Part shown: positions 22,113 to 33,317 of the stretch, in pieces | Layout: each line of letters begins with the position of its first letter | Position numbering within the stretch: position 1 is the stretch's first letter | NCBI GenBank assembly: GCA_965209155.1 | Contig: OZ242383.1 | Location: 64,001-128,000 of the forward strand | Direction: 5' to 3' | Source of the DNA: a bacterium | GTDB taxonomy: Bacteria > SAR324 > NAC60-12 | Length of the DNA stretch: 64,000 nucleotides | The notes under the pieces: model-generated | Seen by the model: only the letters and a program-made list of their open reading frames with translations | The model's database searches: none | Told to the model about the DNA's origin: nothing | Program-made: the position numbers and the translations under genes

Positions 22113-22461
22113 AGGATCTCCTGTTGATGCTTTGAGGGGCTTCCTTCAAGAAAAACTTGTCTTACAGGAATTTGACTCAAAGTATCAAAGAAATCACTGC
22201 CTCCCACTCAAATGAAAAAGAAAAATGACCAAGTAGAACAACTTATTACACCATTGCTCGCTCCATGTTGGATTCAGCTCTCAGAGGAAGGAAGAACAAG
22301 CAAGAGAAAGAAAATAGAGAGGAAAACTAAATTTATTGATTGGAAAGTAAAGGAATAGAAGAAAAAACGAGGCAAAGTAAAAAATAGTAAAAAAACATCC
22401 GCTAACTATTGGCTATCATTCAAGTCGCCACACTTGGTTAAGTTTTACAGTGGCGTTAACA

Positions 22462-25400
22462 CTCACCGAAGCGAGGGGAGACCCAGCCTCGGTTCCCAAA
22501 CATAAAGGCATTTCTAGTTTCAATCCGCTCCCCTCACCGAAGCGAGGGGAGACCAAGTTTTAACAGTTGAGCGCCACTCTTTGCGTTGTTTCAATCCGCT
22601 CCCCTCACCGAAGCGAGGAGAGACGCTATAATATCTGCGGCAAATAACCTGTTTTTGAAGTTTCAATCCACTCCCCTCACCGAAGCGAGGGGAGACATAT
22701 CGCTCTCCTAAAAACAAGGTACATAAAAAAGTTTCAATCCACTCCCCTCACCGAAGCGAGGGGAGACGCTATCCCCGTTTTAGTCATTCGATATTTTAAT
22801 TGTTTCAATCCACTCCCCTCACCGAAGCGAGGGGAGACTGGGCTAATGGTGTTCTTGTGATTCTATTCTGGAGTTTCAATCCACTCCCCTCACCGAAGCG
22901 AGGGGAGACCTCTGAAAAGGGGCTTGCTGTTCGTGGTGAAAAATGTTTCAATCCACTCCCCTCACCGAAGCGAGGGGAGACTAATGTCAACCTGGATCTT
23001 TCGGCCACTCTTATCGTGTTTCAATCCGCTCCCCTCACCGAAGCGAGGGGAGACCGTTGATGCCGACGTCACTTAACCTAAGAACCATGTTTCAATCCGC
23101 TCCCCTCACCGAAGCGAGGGGAGACGGGGTATAAGCGCCGTATGCCGTCCTGAGGATGGGTTTCAATCCGCTCCCCTCACCGAAGCGAGGGGAGACGCAT
23201 CGGGGAGGCGATCTTGCTGATCGTGAGCGTAGTTTCAATCCGCTCCCCTCACCGAAGCGAGGGGAGACTCGACGTGCAGGATTTCGGCTTCGTTGTCCTC
23301 ATAGTTTCAATCCGCTCCCCTCACCGAAGCGAGGGGAGACCAAGACCGATTTGGCACGCTACTACGGACATTTCCCGTTTCAATCCGCTCCCCTCACCGA
23401 AGCGAGGGGAGACATCAGGGAATGCTTGATGTTATCTATAAAATAGAGTTTCAATCCGCTCCCCTCACCGAAGCGAGGGGAGACTGGTAGAAGCCATTTT
23501 CCTTTCGGAGCATGTCCATGTTTCAATCCGCTCCCCTCACCGAAGCGAGGGGAGACTGAAAACCATACGCGAACAACTGCATTACATAAAGTTTCAATCC
23601 GCTCCCCTCACCGAAGCGAGGGGAGACTTAAAGTGTAGTGAAAATGGAAACGCAAGCGGAAGGTTTCAATCCGCTCCCCTCACCGAAGCGAGGGGAGACT
23701 TCAATGATTTGTGGACATTCACGCGGTGATACTGGTTTCAATCCGCTCCCCTCACCGAAGCGAGGGGAGACTCAATACAGTCTGTTTTGTCAGTGCGGAT
23801 ATTTGCAGTTTCAATCCGCTCCCCTCACCGAAGCGAGGGGAGACTCCTCCGATTTGTACCTTCCTTCTCTTTATTCAGAGTTTCAATCCGCTCCCCTCAC
23901 CGAAGCGAGGGGAGACTCCAACATATCAAAAACACAATCCGTAGTCTTGAGGTTTCAATCCGCTCCCCTCACCGAAGCGAGTGGAGACCGATCAATTCCC
24001 TGGGATCATCAAACAGGAATGTAGTTTCAATCCGCTCCCCTCACCGAAGCGAGGGGAGACTAATTGCATCGATCAATTGAGTAACATTCGCGAGGTTTCA
24101 ATCCGCTCCCCTCACCGAAGCGAGGGGAGACCGTAGTAAATCGAATCCGCAACAATCTTTTTCAAGTTTCAATCCGCTCCCCTCACCGAAGCGAGGGGAG
24201 ACCCGTAAGGAACGTGGGCTTAAGGGGCGTTTGACTGGTTTCAATCCGCTCCCCTCACCGAAGCGAGGGGAGACCTGTCATGAGGCAAAAGCTTAACTCA
24301 TCTGATAAGTTTCAATCCGCTCCCCTCACCGAAGCGAGGGGAGACCTGATTGAAGTCAAGATTGATGACTGGTTCAATCATGTTTCAATCCGCTCCCCTC
24401 ACCGAAGCGAGGGGAGACTTGGCTCAAAATTGTATCAGGTGACAAGTATTCAAGTTTCAATCCGCTCCCCTCACCGAAGCGAGGGGAGACATATTGCCGC
24501 TCGGTAGGAAATAAAAAAGCCATGAGTTTCAATCCGCTCCCCTCACCGAAGCGAGGGGAGACCTTCAACATCCAGACCTACGAGGGAACGTGGACTGTTT
24601 CAATCCGCTCCCCTCACCGAAGCGAGGGGAGACGCTGTTGCCGTCGTTATCCGTCACGGTCAGCCTGGTTTCAATCCGCTCCCCTCACCGAAGCGAGGGG
24701 AGACATTTTGGGAGTGGTCGATGTCGGTTCCCTTACCGGGTTTCAATCCGCTCCCCTCACCGAAGCGAGGGGAGACTTAACAGAAAATGGAGAACCATAG
24801 ACAAACTGCTGGTTTCAATCCGCTCCCCTCACCGAAGCGAGGGGAGACAGTAAGCTCCCGCCTTATGGCCTGGCGGTCATCAGTTTCAATCCGCTCCCCT
24901 CACCGAAGCGAGGGGAGACGCGACGGCATAGCTGTTTGGCACGTCCGCAACACTGTTTCAATCCGCTCCCCTCACCGAAGCGAGGGGAGACCCATCTTTC
25001 CGGGCTCTGGCGGCCCTTTTAAATAGTTTCAATCCGCTCCCCTCACCGAAGCGAGGGGAGACATCGAACAGGCGGTCGCCCTCGGGGACGATTTCGAGTT
25101 TCAATCCGCTCCCCTCACCGAAGCGAGGGGAGACTCACCCGGGTTCGTGCGGATCCCCTACTACGCCATGTTTCAATCCGCTCCCCTCACCGAAGCGAGG
25201 GGAGACATCTCATCTTTAAGCATCAAGACGATCGAATACATGTTTCAATCCGCTCCCCTCACCGAAGCGAGGGGAGACCCCATAATGAGAGGATTTAATC
25301 ATGGCCAGCAGTGTTTCAATCCGCTCCCCTCACCGAAGCGAGGGGAGACTCAGCAAAATTATGTTCAATCCAAAGCCCGGATCTGTTTCAATCCGCTCCC

Positions 25401-27500
25401 CTCACCGAAGCGAGGGGAGACGAATCAGATCAAGGAACTGACAATCCTACTTACCAGTTTCAATCCGCTCCCCTCACCGAAGCGAGGGGAGACGCAATAC
25501 AAAAAAGATTTGACCCCGACGGGCTTGTGTTTCAATCCGCTCCCCTCACCGAAGCGAGGGGAGACGCAACTACAATAACCGCATCACCATTAATTCCTGA
25601 GTTTCAATCCGCTCCCCTCACCGAAGCGAGGGGAGACGAGGAGCTCCGAGGCGGGAAACGTGATGAATTGGGTTTCAATCCGCTCCCCTCACCGAAGCGA
25701 GGGGAGACTCAAATAGCAATATTGAATGAGTTGACTGAATTGGTTTCAATCCGCTCCCCTCACCGAAGCGAGGGGAGACGCTATAAAGAAGCTAGTAAGT
25801 AACTTGGTTTATCAGTTTCAATCCGCTCCCCTCACCGAAGCGAGGGGAGACTCATTTAACCATGCCACAATGTTGCGCCTATACTGTTTCAATCCGCTCC
25901 CCTCACCGAAGCGAGGGGAGACAAGAAGTGAAAGGGGAAAAGGATGATGGTAAAAAGTTTCAATCCGCTCCCCTCACCGAAGCGAGGGGAGACTTATGGG
26001 TAACAGTATCATATGTTTGATTTATCAAGTTTCAATCCGCTCCCCTCACCGAAGCGAGGGGAGACTCAGTCTGTCGGGTTCGATATCGCTGTTGTTTTTC
26101 GTTTCAATCCGCTCCCCTCACCGAAGCGAGGGGAGACACAATCGTATTTTAAGTAAGAAACTTACAACGATGTTTCAATCCGCTCCCCTCACCGAAGCGA
26201 GGGGAGACTTCGGCAATGCCTCCGTATCCCCTTCCATGTAGTAGTTTCAATCCGCTCCCCTCACCGAAGCGAGGGGAGACGTCTAGAAAATCAACAGGCG
26301 GACGTTTGATATAACGTTTCAATCCGCTCCCCTCACCGAAGCGAGGGGAGACATGAAGAATATGAAACATGAATTTGAAACAAGTGGTTTCAATCCGCTC
26401 CCCTCACCGAAGCGAGGGGAGACTTCCAAACTCGGATAGGTCAGCCTATCCCATCGAGTTTCAATCCGCTCCCCTCACCGAAGCGAGGGGAGACATCCGG
26501 ATTTTCACTTATGCCCAACCGTTTTGCCAGTTTCAATCCGCTCCCCTCACCGAAGCGAGGGGAGACTTGTATAAACCGGTTGGAGATTGGAAACGGTATC
26601 TTGTTTCAATCCGCTCCCCTCACCGAAGCGAGGGGAGACCCGTGATGTTGATCGTGTCCCCCTTGTTTCCGTTTGTTTCAATCCGCTCCCCTCACCGAAG
26701 CGAGGGGAGACCTAATTCGGATTTTTTCATAAGTCCTCTTGGTGAGTTTCAATCCGCTCCCCTCACCGAAGCGAGGGGAGACCGTATTCCAGGGCTCGCT
26801 CCAGTTCGTACTGCCGGTTTCAATCCGCTCCCCTCACCGAAGCGAGGGGAGACTATTCCCGTTGTTCCTCCCGAAAGCCTGAGAAAGGTTTCAATCCGCT
26901 CCCCTCACCGAAGCGAGGGGAGACAAAATATCCAAAGATATGACTGACACAAGATAACCGTTTCAATCCGCTCCCCTCACCGAAGCGAGGGGAGACTGAA
27001 TTGGATATTGATTAATGTCTCCAATAATAGGTTTCAATCCGCTCCCCTCACCGAAGCGAGGGGAGACGGAAGTACATTAACAGGATATTATGTACAGTGG
27101 AAGTTTCAATCCGCTCCCCTCACCGAAGCGAGGGGAGACACAACTGCTTTAGCACAATCAATTTTACTGAGATGTTTCAATCCGCTCCCCTCACCGAAGC
27201 GAGGGGAGACTCGATCAAATAATCCTGATCCACAAGCCTATCAGTGTTTCAATCCGCTCCCCTCACCGAAGCGAGGGGAGACCAGGCTTCAAACGTTGAC
27301 TGCACATTCCTGAAACTAGTTTCAATCCGCTCCCCTCACCGAAGCGAGGGGAGACTTAATCAGTAACCGGGCTTCAATATCAGGTGAGACAGTTTCAATC
27401 CGCTCCCCTCACCGAAGCGAGGGGAGACTTTATCTAATAGTCAAGTTTTTTGTGTGTTAATTCGTTTCAATCCGCTCCCCTCACCGAAGCGAGGGGAGAC
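22462..27500 (-). CRISPR. Type I-C CRISPR array: 70 full 37-bp repeats + 1 partial, 70 spacers of ~33-36 bp (hand count)
   Basis: Repeat (transcribed sense) GTCTCCCCTCGCTTCGGTGAGGGGAGCGGATTGAAAC, ~72-bp period; 3' ATTGAAAC, variant repeats at the low-coordinate end and leader next to cas2 set the minus orientation. Confidence 0.98.
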
Positions 27501-27680
27501 GCTGGTTGCAAAAACCAGCAAAATATCAAGAAGTTATAACAATAAATGCGCGATCCGGTCAAATTATTTCCGATTTACCTTTCTTCGATTTTCAAAGAGC
27601 ACCGTAAGCTATTGTTTTGCAAAGGGTTTCTGGTCGTGCGAAAGCAAGGGTATAATTCCGTCACTCTAGCTTCGCGGGGG
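27501..27680 (-). promoter_or_regulatory. CRISPR leader
   Basis: AT-rich non-coding 180 bp between the cas2 stop and the first repeat. Confidence 0.85.
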
Positions 27681-27971
27681 CTATAAAATCAGTGGAGCGT
27701 TCAGGTCTACGGGTTTTTTGACACCATGGTGTTCAGCTTTGTTTCTGGCGTCTTCATCCAGATGATAAAACCTGAGAGAATCCTGTTCAGGGTCGAATTC
27801 CTTCAAGAGACGGATTTTAAGCGCCGCCCATTCCGTTTTTCCCACCTGACATTCAAATAGCGATTTTTGAACACGGACCCCATAGTCCTCGCATGCTCTT
27901 GCCACTCGTCGCAGCCGTTTTTGTCCGGATTTATCGACCGTGGAAACGTCGTATGCGATCAGGATAAACAT
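27681..27971 (-). CDS. cas2: CRISPR-associated endoribonuclease Cas2
   Basis: ILIAYDVST, RLRRVARACEDYGVRVQKSLFEC, DSLRFY. Confidence 0.97.
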   Translation of the reverse strand: MFILIAYDVSTVDKSGQKRLRRVARACEDYGVRVQKSLFECQVGKTEWAALKIRLLKEFDPEQDSLRFYHLDEDARNKAEHHGVKKPVDLNAPLIL

Positions 27972-29032
27972 TACTTTGGAATAAATGGAATGTAATCGGG
28001 AATATCACCACGCAGTTTGCGGGCCAGCAATTTGGCTTGGATACTGAACACCTGACCTAAACGAATATTTTGCTTGAACAAGGCATGTTTTATTTCAGTT
28101 TGCTTGCGTTGTTGCCATGCCTGGATGACGCTTTTCCTGCCCCGGTCGGTGAATTCGACGGCACCGCCCTCTCGTTCGCGGAAATGGCTGGAGTCGATTT
28201 GACGACGGTTGATCAGGGTCAATGCCAACCTCTCCGCCAGGCAAGGTCGGAACTCCTCCATCAAATCCAAGGCGCAGGCAGGTCTTCCGGCACGCGTCGC
28301 ATGGAGCCATCCGACGTACGGGTCCAGTCCGGCAGTAGTCAAAGCGGCCAGACAATCATGACGTACCAAGGCATAGATGAAGGATAGAAGACAGTTGATC
28401 CGGTCCCGTGGTGGACGCCGGGTACGGGTTACGAACTTGAAATCTTCTCGTTGTTGTTTGAGCATATATTGGAATACCGAAAAATAGATCCTGGCACCCA
28501 GCCCTTCCATTCCTCTAATGGGATCAAGCGCGTCCCGGAGCCCGCAACCTTGGGCGAGTTCCGGCGCATCGTCGAATTGACGGATCAGTCGGGCGAGTTC
28601 ATCAGCCGCTCCCGCCAGCTTCTCACGGTCTGAAAAATCTCCGGCTTCCCGGGAGGATCGTAAAAGGTTGGAACGCGCGTTTTGCAGCTTCCCGACAACG
28701 AATTGCCATGCAATCCGTGATGCGTCCTCCGGGTTGTCTGCCGTAGTATATTGAGCACGTCGCAGCAAGTAGCGGGTGTCTCCACTTCCCAAGACCTGAG
28801 CCAACAAGTAACCGTTTTCCGTGTGATAATGCACCGATACCTGATGCTCCCAGCACAGAGCCATAGCCGGAGGCGTGACCACGACTTGTCCAAAAATACA
28901 AATGCTTTCCAAGTGATGGATGGGAACAGTCAGACGGGTTTTCTTTTCGATTTCGATCCGGAGGGTGAGATGGTCTCTAACCACCACGGTTCCCGGTGTT
29001 GTCAGGTAAAGGACGTTTTGGATGACTGCCAT
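27971..29032 (-). CDS. cas1: CRISPR-associated integrase Cas1 (I-C)
   Basis: NVLYLTTPG, RGMEG..A..YF, RTRRPPRDRINCLLSF.Y, GLDPYVG.LH, ALDLMEEFR. Confidence 0.97.
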   Translation of the reverse strand: MAVIQNVLYLTTPGTVVVRDHLTLRIEIEKKTRLTVPIHHLESICIFGQVVVTPPAMALCWEHQVSVHYHTENGYLLAQVLGSGDTRYLLRRAQYTTADNPEDASRIAWQFVVGKLQNARSNLLRSSREAGDFSDREKLAGAADELARLIRQFDDAPELAQGCGLRDALDPIRGMEGLGARIYFSVFQYMLKQQREDFKFVTRTRRPPRDRINCLLSFIYALVRHDCLAALTTAGLDPYVGWLHATRAGRPACALDLMEEFRPCLAERLALTLINRRQIDSSHFREREGGAVEFTDRGRKSVIQAWQQRKQTEIKHALFKQNIRLGQVFSIQAKLLARKLRGDIPDYIPFIPK

Positions 29033-29245
29033 GCTGAGTCGTTTTTCATCTTCCAGTTCATGAATCGAACAATTTCTGTGCAGCCGTATCGAACACGTTG
29101 CGACATGCCTGTAGAAATATCAGCGGAGCGTTAGCGATCTCAGGCAGACCGAGGTAGTCTATGAAGAGTGCAAACGCGAAACTCTCCGGTTTAACAGTAT
29201 CTGAAGCACTGGTGGGGATGAGTTGCATATTCTTATATGGACTTA

Positions 29246-29638
29246 CTACCGTGGAAAATAATTTTTAACACCCGTCGATTTCAGCAGAACGGCCGGCAGT
29301 CGCTTCAGTTCTTCGTTGCGCGGGTCCACTTCGAATCCGCCAGATTCCAATGCGGTGACGCCGAGTAAGGGTTCCGCCCCTTTATCACCATAGACGATAG
29401 TGCCGCCAACGACCTCTCCCTTGAACTCGATCTCGGCGACGGTGATGTCCAAGGCGACGCGCTTGCCATCCGCAAGCACGTACTCGCGACGCCCTCTCGA
29501 TTCCAGACCAATCTCTTCGAGACACTCCCTTGGTACGAGCGAGTCGAACGCGCCTGTGTCAACCAGGAACTTTCCCGTCCAACTTCTCCGTCGATCTGCA
29601 GGATTGCGAATGGTTACGTCAACGTAAGTCGCGCCCAT
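29246..29638 (-). CDS. Clan AA (retropepsin-like) aspartic protease, copy 1
   Basis: 130 aa MGATYVDV..., FLVDTGA active site, EPLLGVTALE; start inferred from the paralog at 42483..42875. Confidence 0.88.
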   Translation of the reverse strand: MGATYVDVTIRNPADRRRSWTGKFLVDTGAFDSLVPRECLEEIGLESRGRREYVLADGKRVALDITVAEIEFKGEVVGGTIVYGDKGAEPLLGVTALESGGFEVDPRNEELKRLPAVLLKSTGVKNYFPR

Positions 29639-29681
29639 GCTGGTTTTTCTTTCCCGTCGGTGGATAATTGCATTAAAATCT

Positions 29682-30320
29682 CTAATCAGCCGTATTGAAA
29701 ACGCTCCGGTATGCCTGCGCCAGTATTGGCGGTGAACTGGTGATTTCAGGCATACAGTGGTCAAAAAGCGAGCACTGCGAACACTGGGGTTTATGAACGG
29801 CATTTGGAACCGCTTCCTCTTCGATAAGCCGGTGCACGGCTTCAATTGTCTTTTCTGTAAAGCGACGCAAGTCTTCAGTAAATACCACCTCCCGGCGACG
29901 TTTGCTGTTGGCGTGGAAAATGGCTCCATGGTGAATGTCCCGACCGAACATTTCTTCAAGGCACAGGGCCTGAGCGCACAGTTGGGCGTCGTCATTGTCG
30001 AACTTGCGGCGCCTGCCCTTTTTGAACTCGACCGGAACCAACGAATCATCGGGATGTCGTTCGACGACATCACATTTGCCGCTGAGCCCGAGTCGCTCCG
30101 ACCAGACGGGCAAAGCGCGTAGCAAAGTCACACCCCTGACGGTTTCGTAGCCAGGAACGTCAGCCTGTTCGTGGACTTGTCTTCCTACCAGGGTATGTTC
30201 ATTATCGCTAAAAATACCTTCAACCTGAATCAAAGCCGCACGACGTGGGCAATAAAGGTACTGGTTTATGGCAGAGAGTGGGATGATGTTCTCTCCACCA
30301 TCGAGTTCAACATTGTTCAT
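29682..30320 (-). CDS. cas4: CRISPR-associated exonuclease Cas4
   Basis: YLYCPRR, LSGKCDVVE, PVEFKKG, QLCAQALCLEE, C..CSL...C Fe-S cysteines. Confidence 0.96.
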   Translation of the reverse strand: MNNVELDGGENIIPLSAINQYLYCPRRAALIQVEGIFSDNEHTLVGRQVHEQADVPGYETVRGVTLLRALPVWSERLGLSGKCDVVERHPDDSLVPVEFKKGRRRKFDNDDAQLCAQALCLEEMFGRDIHHGAIFHANSKRRREVVFTEDLRRFTEKTIEAVHRLIEEEAVPNAVHKPQCSQCSLFDHCMPEITSSPPILAQAYRSVFNTAD

Positions 30321-30370
30321 GACGCGTCCCAAGTTCGGTCATCTTCCCTTATCCAAGCAAAGAAAAGCAA

Positions 30371-31318
30371 CTATTCATGAAGCTTGTGCAAGCACACGCC
30401 AGCGGGTTTTTCGGTGTTATCCCACTCGCAGATTATTTCATAATCGATGAAGGATTGAGGGAATTCCACTCCATCTCTCAGTTTCACCTTGACTCTCTCG
30501 AAGAGCTTGTGGGCATGGGCGCAGCCGAGGCGGGCTTCGCGTTTGTTTTGCCCGGCGTTGTTTTCATGTTGGGTACCGACATGCTCAAAGTCATAGATTC
30601 CACGCACCACCATTTCGCCTCGGGCAGCGGAGCGGTCATGCTCAAACATGTGGTTGAGCGCATCGAATAGGACTTTCAGGTCGGTGTTGGTGAAACCGGT
30701 ACGCTCGGCGAATGCGGGCGAGATGTAAACCTTGGCTGCGTAGAGAGCGTAGGGGACGATGTGTTTGTCTCCCATAGTGCGTTCCTTCTTGGCATCTTCT
30801 TCTTTAGTGACGGCCATGCGAGTGATTGAGATCTCCAGCGGTGTGATGGAATGGTACGACTGGCCAAAGGTAAACTGTACTGGGCCACGCACTTGGCCCC
30901 AAGCGGAGCCTTTCATGATATCGGAACCTGTAGAGAGTACACCACCGAATGTTCGCACGTCAAAGAATTCGCGGCACAGCCATTTCATGGCAGCTTCTTG
31001 TTTTTGAGGATCCGAAGCACTCGAAGGCAAACTCTTGCCACTTTTATTGATGCCATTGTCGATCTCGTTGTTGAGTACGGCCCCCTGCTTTACAAGCAAA
31101 TTGTAGCCGTTGGCATCGTCCCCAGCCCGCTCGGGCGGGAACATCTCAACGAAGTTGCGCACCTTGCGCTTGAGGCATACATCGGAGACGATACCGCGGT
31201 TAGTGTTCGGGTCGAGGCGAGGCATATTGCCCATGTCTGGGTCGCCGTTAGGATTGCCATTCGTGACCTCGAAGAGTAACAGAATGTCGTGGCGGTTTGT
31301 CAGGATATTTGTGTTCAT
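30371..31318 (-). CDS. cas7: Cas7 (Csd2), type I-C
   Basis: NGNPNGDPD.GNMPR, SDVCLKRKVRN, FFDVRTFG, GQVRGPVQF, MFEHDRSAARG. Confidence 0.97.
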   Translation of the reverse strand: MNTNILTNRHDILLLFEVTNGNPNGDPDMGNMPRLDPNTNRGIVSDVCLKRKVRNFVEMFPPERAGDDANGYNLLVKQGAVLNNEIDNGINKSGKSLPSSASDPQKQEAAMKWLCREFFDVRTFGGVLSTGSDIMKGSAWGQVRGPVQFTFGQSYHSITPLEISITRMAVTKEEDAKKERTMGDKHIVPYALYAAKVYISPAFAERTGFTNTDLKVLFDALNHMFEHDRSAARGEMVVRGIYDFEHVGTQHENNAGQNKREARLGCAHAHKLFERVKVKLRDGVEFPQSFIDYEIICEWDNTEKPAGVCLHKLHE

Positions 31319-31341
31319 GGGGTCAGTACTCCTTGTTGTAA

Positions 31342-33315
31342 TTAAATGGGATGGTCCGTGAATAAATCTTCTTCTGGAAAATCCTCATCGGAATCCGGCT
31401 TACCGGCCGCTTGCTGCTTTTCTTTCCAAAACCGAACAGCTTCGGCCCGAGCGGCCTCCTGATGGTAGAATCCCAAGGCAAAACGCGCCTGTTCAATCAT
31501 CACGAAAACACGCGGTAACTGCGGAGGTTGGCCCGAAGTTGTCGGTGTGATCCGTGAGCAAATCTCCGTGATATTCTCTCTGATTCGGTGGGCGGCTTTT
31601 TGGCCCTTTTCACCTTTCTGCCGCAACTTTTTTAGGTGATGTTGATGCAGTCGCCACAAAATGGAAAAAGCAGCGTTTGGATTCGTCGAGGCGGAGCCAT
31701 AATACCGCTCCGCAATGCTTGCCCCTTGTAGTTTTCCATCATGGGCGGATCGCTGGAGGCTGTTGAGAACCGATAATAAACGGCCGGAGTTGTAAGCAGG
31801 GTCATCAGTTTTTGCTGGTACATTTGATGGAATTTCCATGTTTGATTCCTTCCGATTTCGATGATGACGGTTGACGATAAGCCGAATTAGGGCAAATCGC
31901 GACTGGTCGTAGAGTGCCTTAGTTCCTTCCTTCGCTACATTGACTTGGAGCCGTTCCAACAACGGCTTCAGGAGGGTGATGGAGGGCGCACTGCCCGTCA
32001 GTGCAGCTCGATAGAGTTGAGCCATAAGATTTGGCTTCAACTTGTCATAATCAAAGTATCCTTTGCTGTCTGGTCGCAGAGTCGTACATGCTAAGCGGCG
32101 AACGGAAAAAGGTGCATTTGTACTATCATTTTTCACGTCGCCCCAAGCGATGATTTGAATATCCAAGTCGCGAAACCACGTCTGGAAATTCTTTACAGCC
32201 TCATCCAAAGTAGCTTGGTGCCAATCCTTGACAACAATGCGTGGACCAGTCGCAGTAAGAGCAACCGATATGAATTGATCCGACTTAGGTGGCATCTTTT
32301 GTAGCCCACTCCATGGGGAGGTCATGAATCTTCTAACAGTGAGAGGAGTAGGCTTGTGCAGCAGAGAAGAAAAAAGGCCAGATGCTTCTTCAGTTTCAAC
32401 CACCCAAAAACAGAGCCAGGCTGGGCCAATCTGTAGCCAATGGTTTTCGTGGGAGGACAAATACTGCAGAGCAAGAAGGTAACTCTTCGAGGCCGATATT
32501 GAAGACGAAGCATTGTAACTCTTTTTAAATCCATAAGAACGAAATGAAGCACTCTCAAATCCAACAATGCCAGCACCAGTACCTTTAGCAGGGTTGGGTA
32601 AACCAGTAACCATCGGCGTATGGGTACGTGCGATAGGGACGTCCTCTTCACCCGTAATAAGGCAAATGCCCCGTTCTGCGGATTCTTCGGCTGTTTCCAT
32701 GTCTCCTATGACCTGTTTTCGCCAGAAGGGCCGGATATGAATTCCGTCTTCCAGTAACAATGTTTCTGCCACGCGAAACGAAAAGTTATCACTTGGTCTT
32801 GCCCTAACTTTTCTGCCATCTGCCGTAGTAACCCACCAAGTGGGTTTCTCATTAGCCCTGGCATTAGAATCAACACCCCAGCGCAAAAAAGCTGGAACTT
32901 GCCCTGCCTCGGGCTTGAAGGCCAAAAGGCTCTTGAGGGCCGGGCTGAGCGTTGTCTTGTAAGCCTTTTCAATCTGCGCCCAAAAGTCATCGTATTTACG
33001 GCGATTGTTTTCGTCCCGCCCCTTGCGCTTCTTTTCGGACATGGGCTGTTCCGGGTTTGTGTCCAGTCCGAATGCCGCCGTAATGCCGTCCGCCAAGAAC
33101 TCGGCTACTCCGCCGGACACCTTGGGTCGCGTTGTCTGCGGGCAGACAAATTCCTTACCTCGGTTCCGTTCTCCTACAGTTTCCACTGGCCCTTGTCCCA
33201 CGAGATTCCCGATGTCGTCCAAGGTGATGATCCATCGCACGGCCTTGGGTCTGAATGCCAAGTTGTCGAGAAGTTTTCGAGAGCTCGCAAAATCGTTCAA
33301 ATATTGTAGCAGCAT
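31342..33315 (-). CDS. cas8c: Cas8c (Csd1), type I-C large subunit
   Basis: MLLQYL start, CLITGE, SFRSYG, AYNSGRLL..L..LQ, ERYYGSAST.P, FALGFYHQ. Confidence 0.93.
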   Translation of the reverse strand: MLLQYLNDFASSRKLLDNLAFRPKAVRWIITLDDIGNLVGQGPVETVGERNRGKEFVCPQTTRPKVSGGVAEFLADGITAAFGLDTNPEQPMSEKKRKGRDENNRRKYDDFWAQIEKAYKTTLSPALKSLLAFKPEAGQVPAFLRWGVDSNARANEKPTWWVTTADGRKVRARPSDNFSFRVAETLLLEDGIHIRPFWRKQVIGDMETAEESAERGICLITGEEDVPIARTHTPMVTGLPNPAKGTGAGIVGFESASFRSYGFKKSYNASSSISASKSYLLALQYLSSHENHWLQIGPAWLCFWVVETEEASGLFSSLLHKPTPLTVRRFMTSPWSGLQKMPPKSDQFISVALTATGPRIVVKDWHQATLDEAVKNFQTWFRDLDIQIIAWGDVKNDSTNAPFSVRRLACTTLRPDSKGYFDYDKLKPNLMAQLYRAALTGSAPSITLLKPLLERLQVNVAKEGTKALYDQSRFALIRLIVNRHHRNRKESNMEIPSNVPAKTDDPAYNSGRLLSVLNSLQRSAHDGKLQGASIAERYYGSASTNPNAAFSILWRLHQHHLKKLRQKGEKGQKAAHRIRENITEICSRITPTTSGQPPQLPRVFVMIEQARFALGFYHQEAARAEAVRFWKEKQQAAGKPDSDEDFPEEDLFTDHPI

Positions 33316-33317
33316 TA

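Larger units (their letters stand above)
20398..22461 (-). mobile_element. IS21-family element 2, internally deleted
   Basis: Ends TGTTGATGGCAGTAGTAAAG (20398) and TTTTACAGTGGCGTTAACA (to 22461); istA and istB fragments inside. Confidence 0.85.

Noticed and set aside
22483..27463. Self-targeting or duplicated spacers
   Set aside because: None noticed by eye within the window; not exhaustive, needs BLASTN.
22520..27669. Many ORFs with repeated FQSAPLTEARGD / VSIRSPHRSEGR / FNPLPSPKRGET
   Set aside because: Translations of the CRISPR repeat.
29639..30073. 275-aa protease ORF or Cas4-protease frameshift fusion
   Set aside because: Upstream part overlaps cas4 in another frame, no slippery site noticed, and the paralog starts at MGATY.
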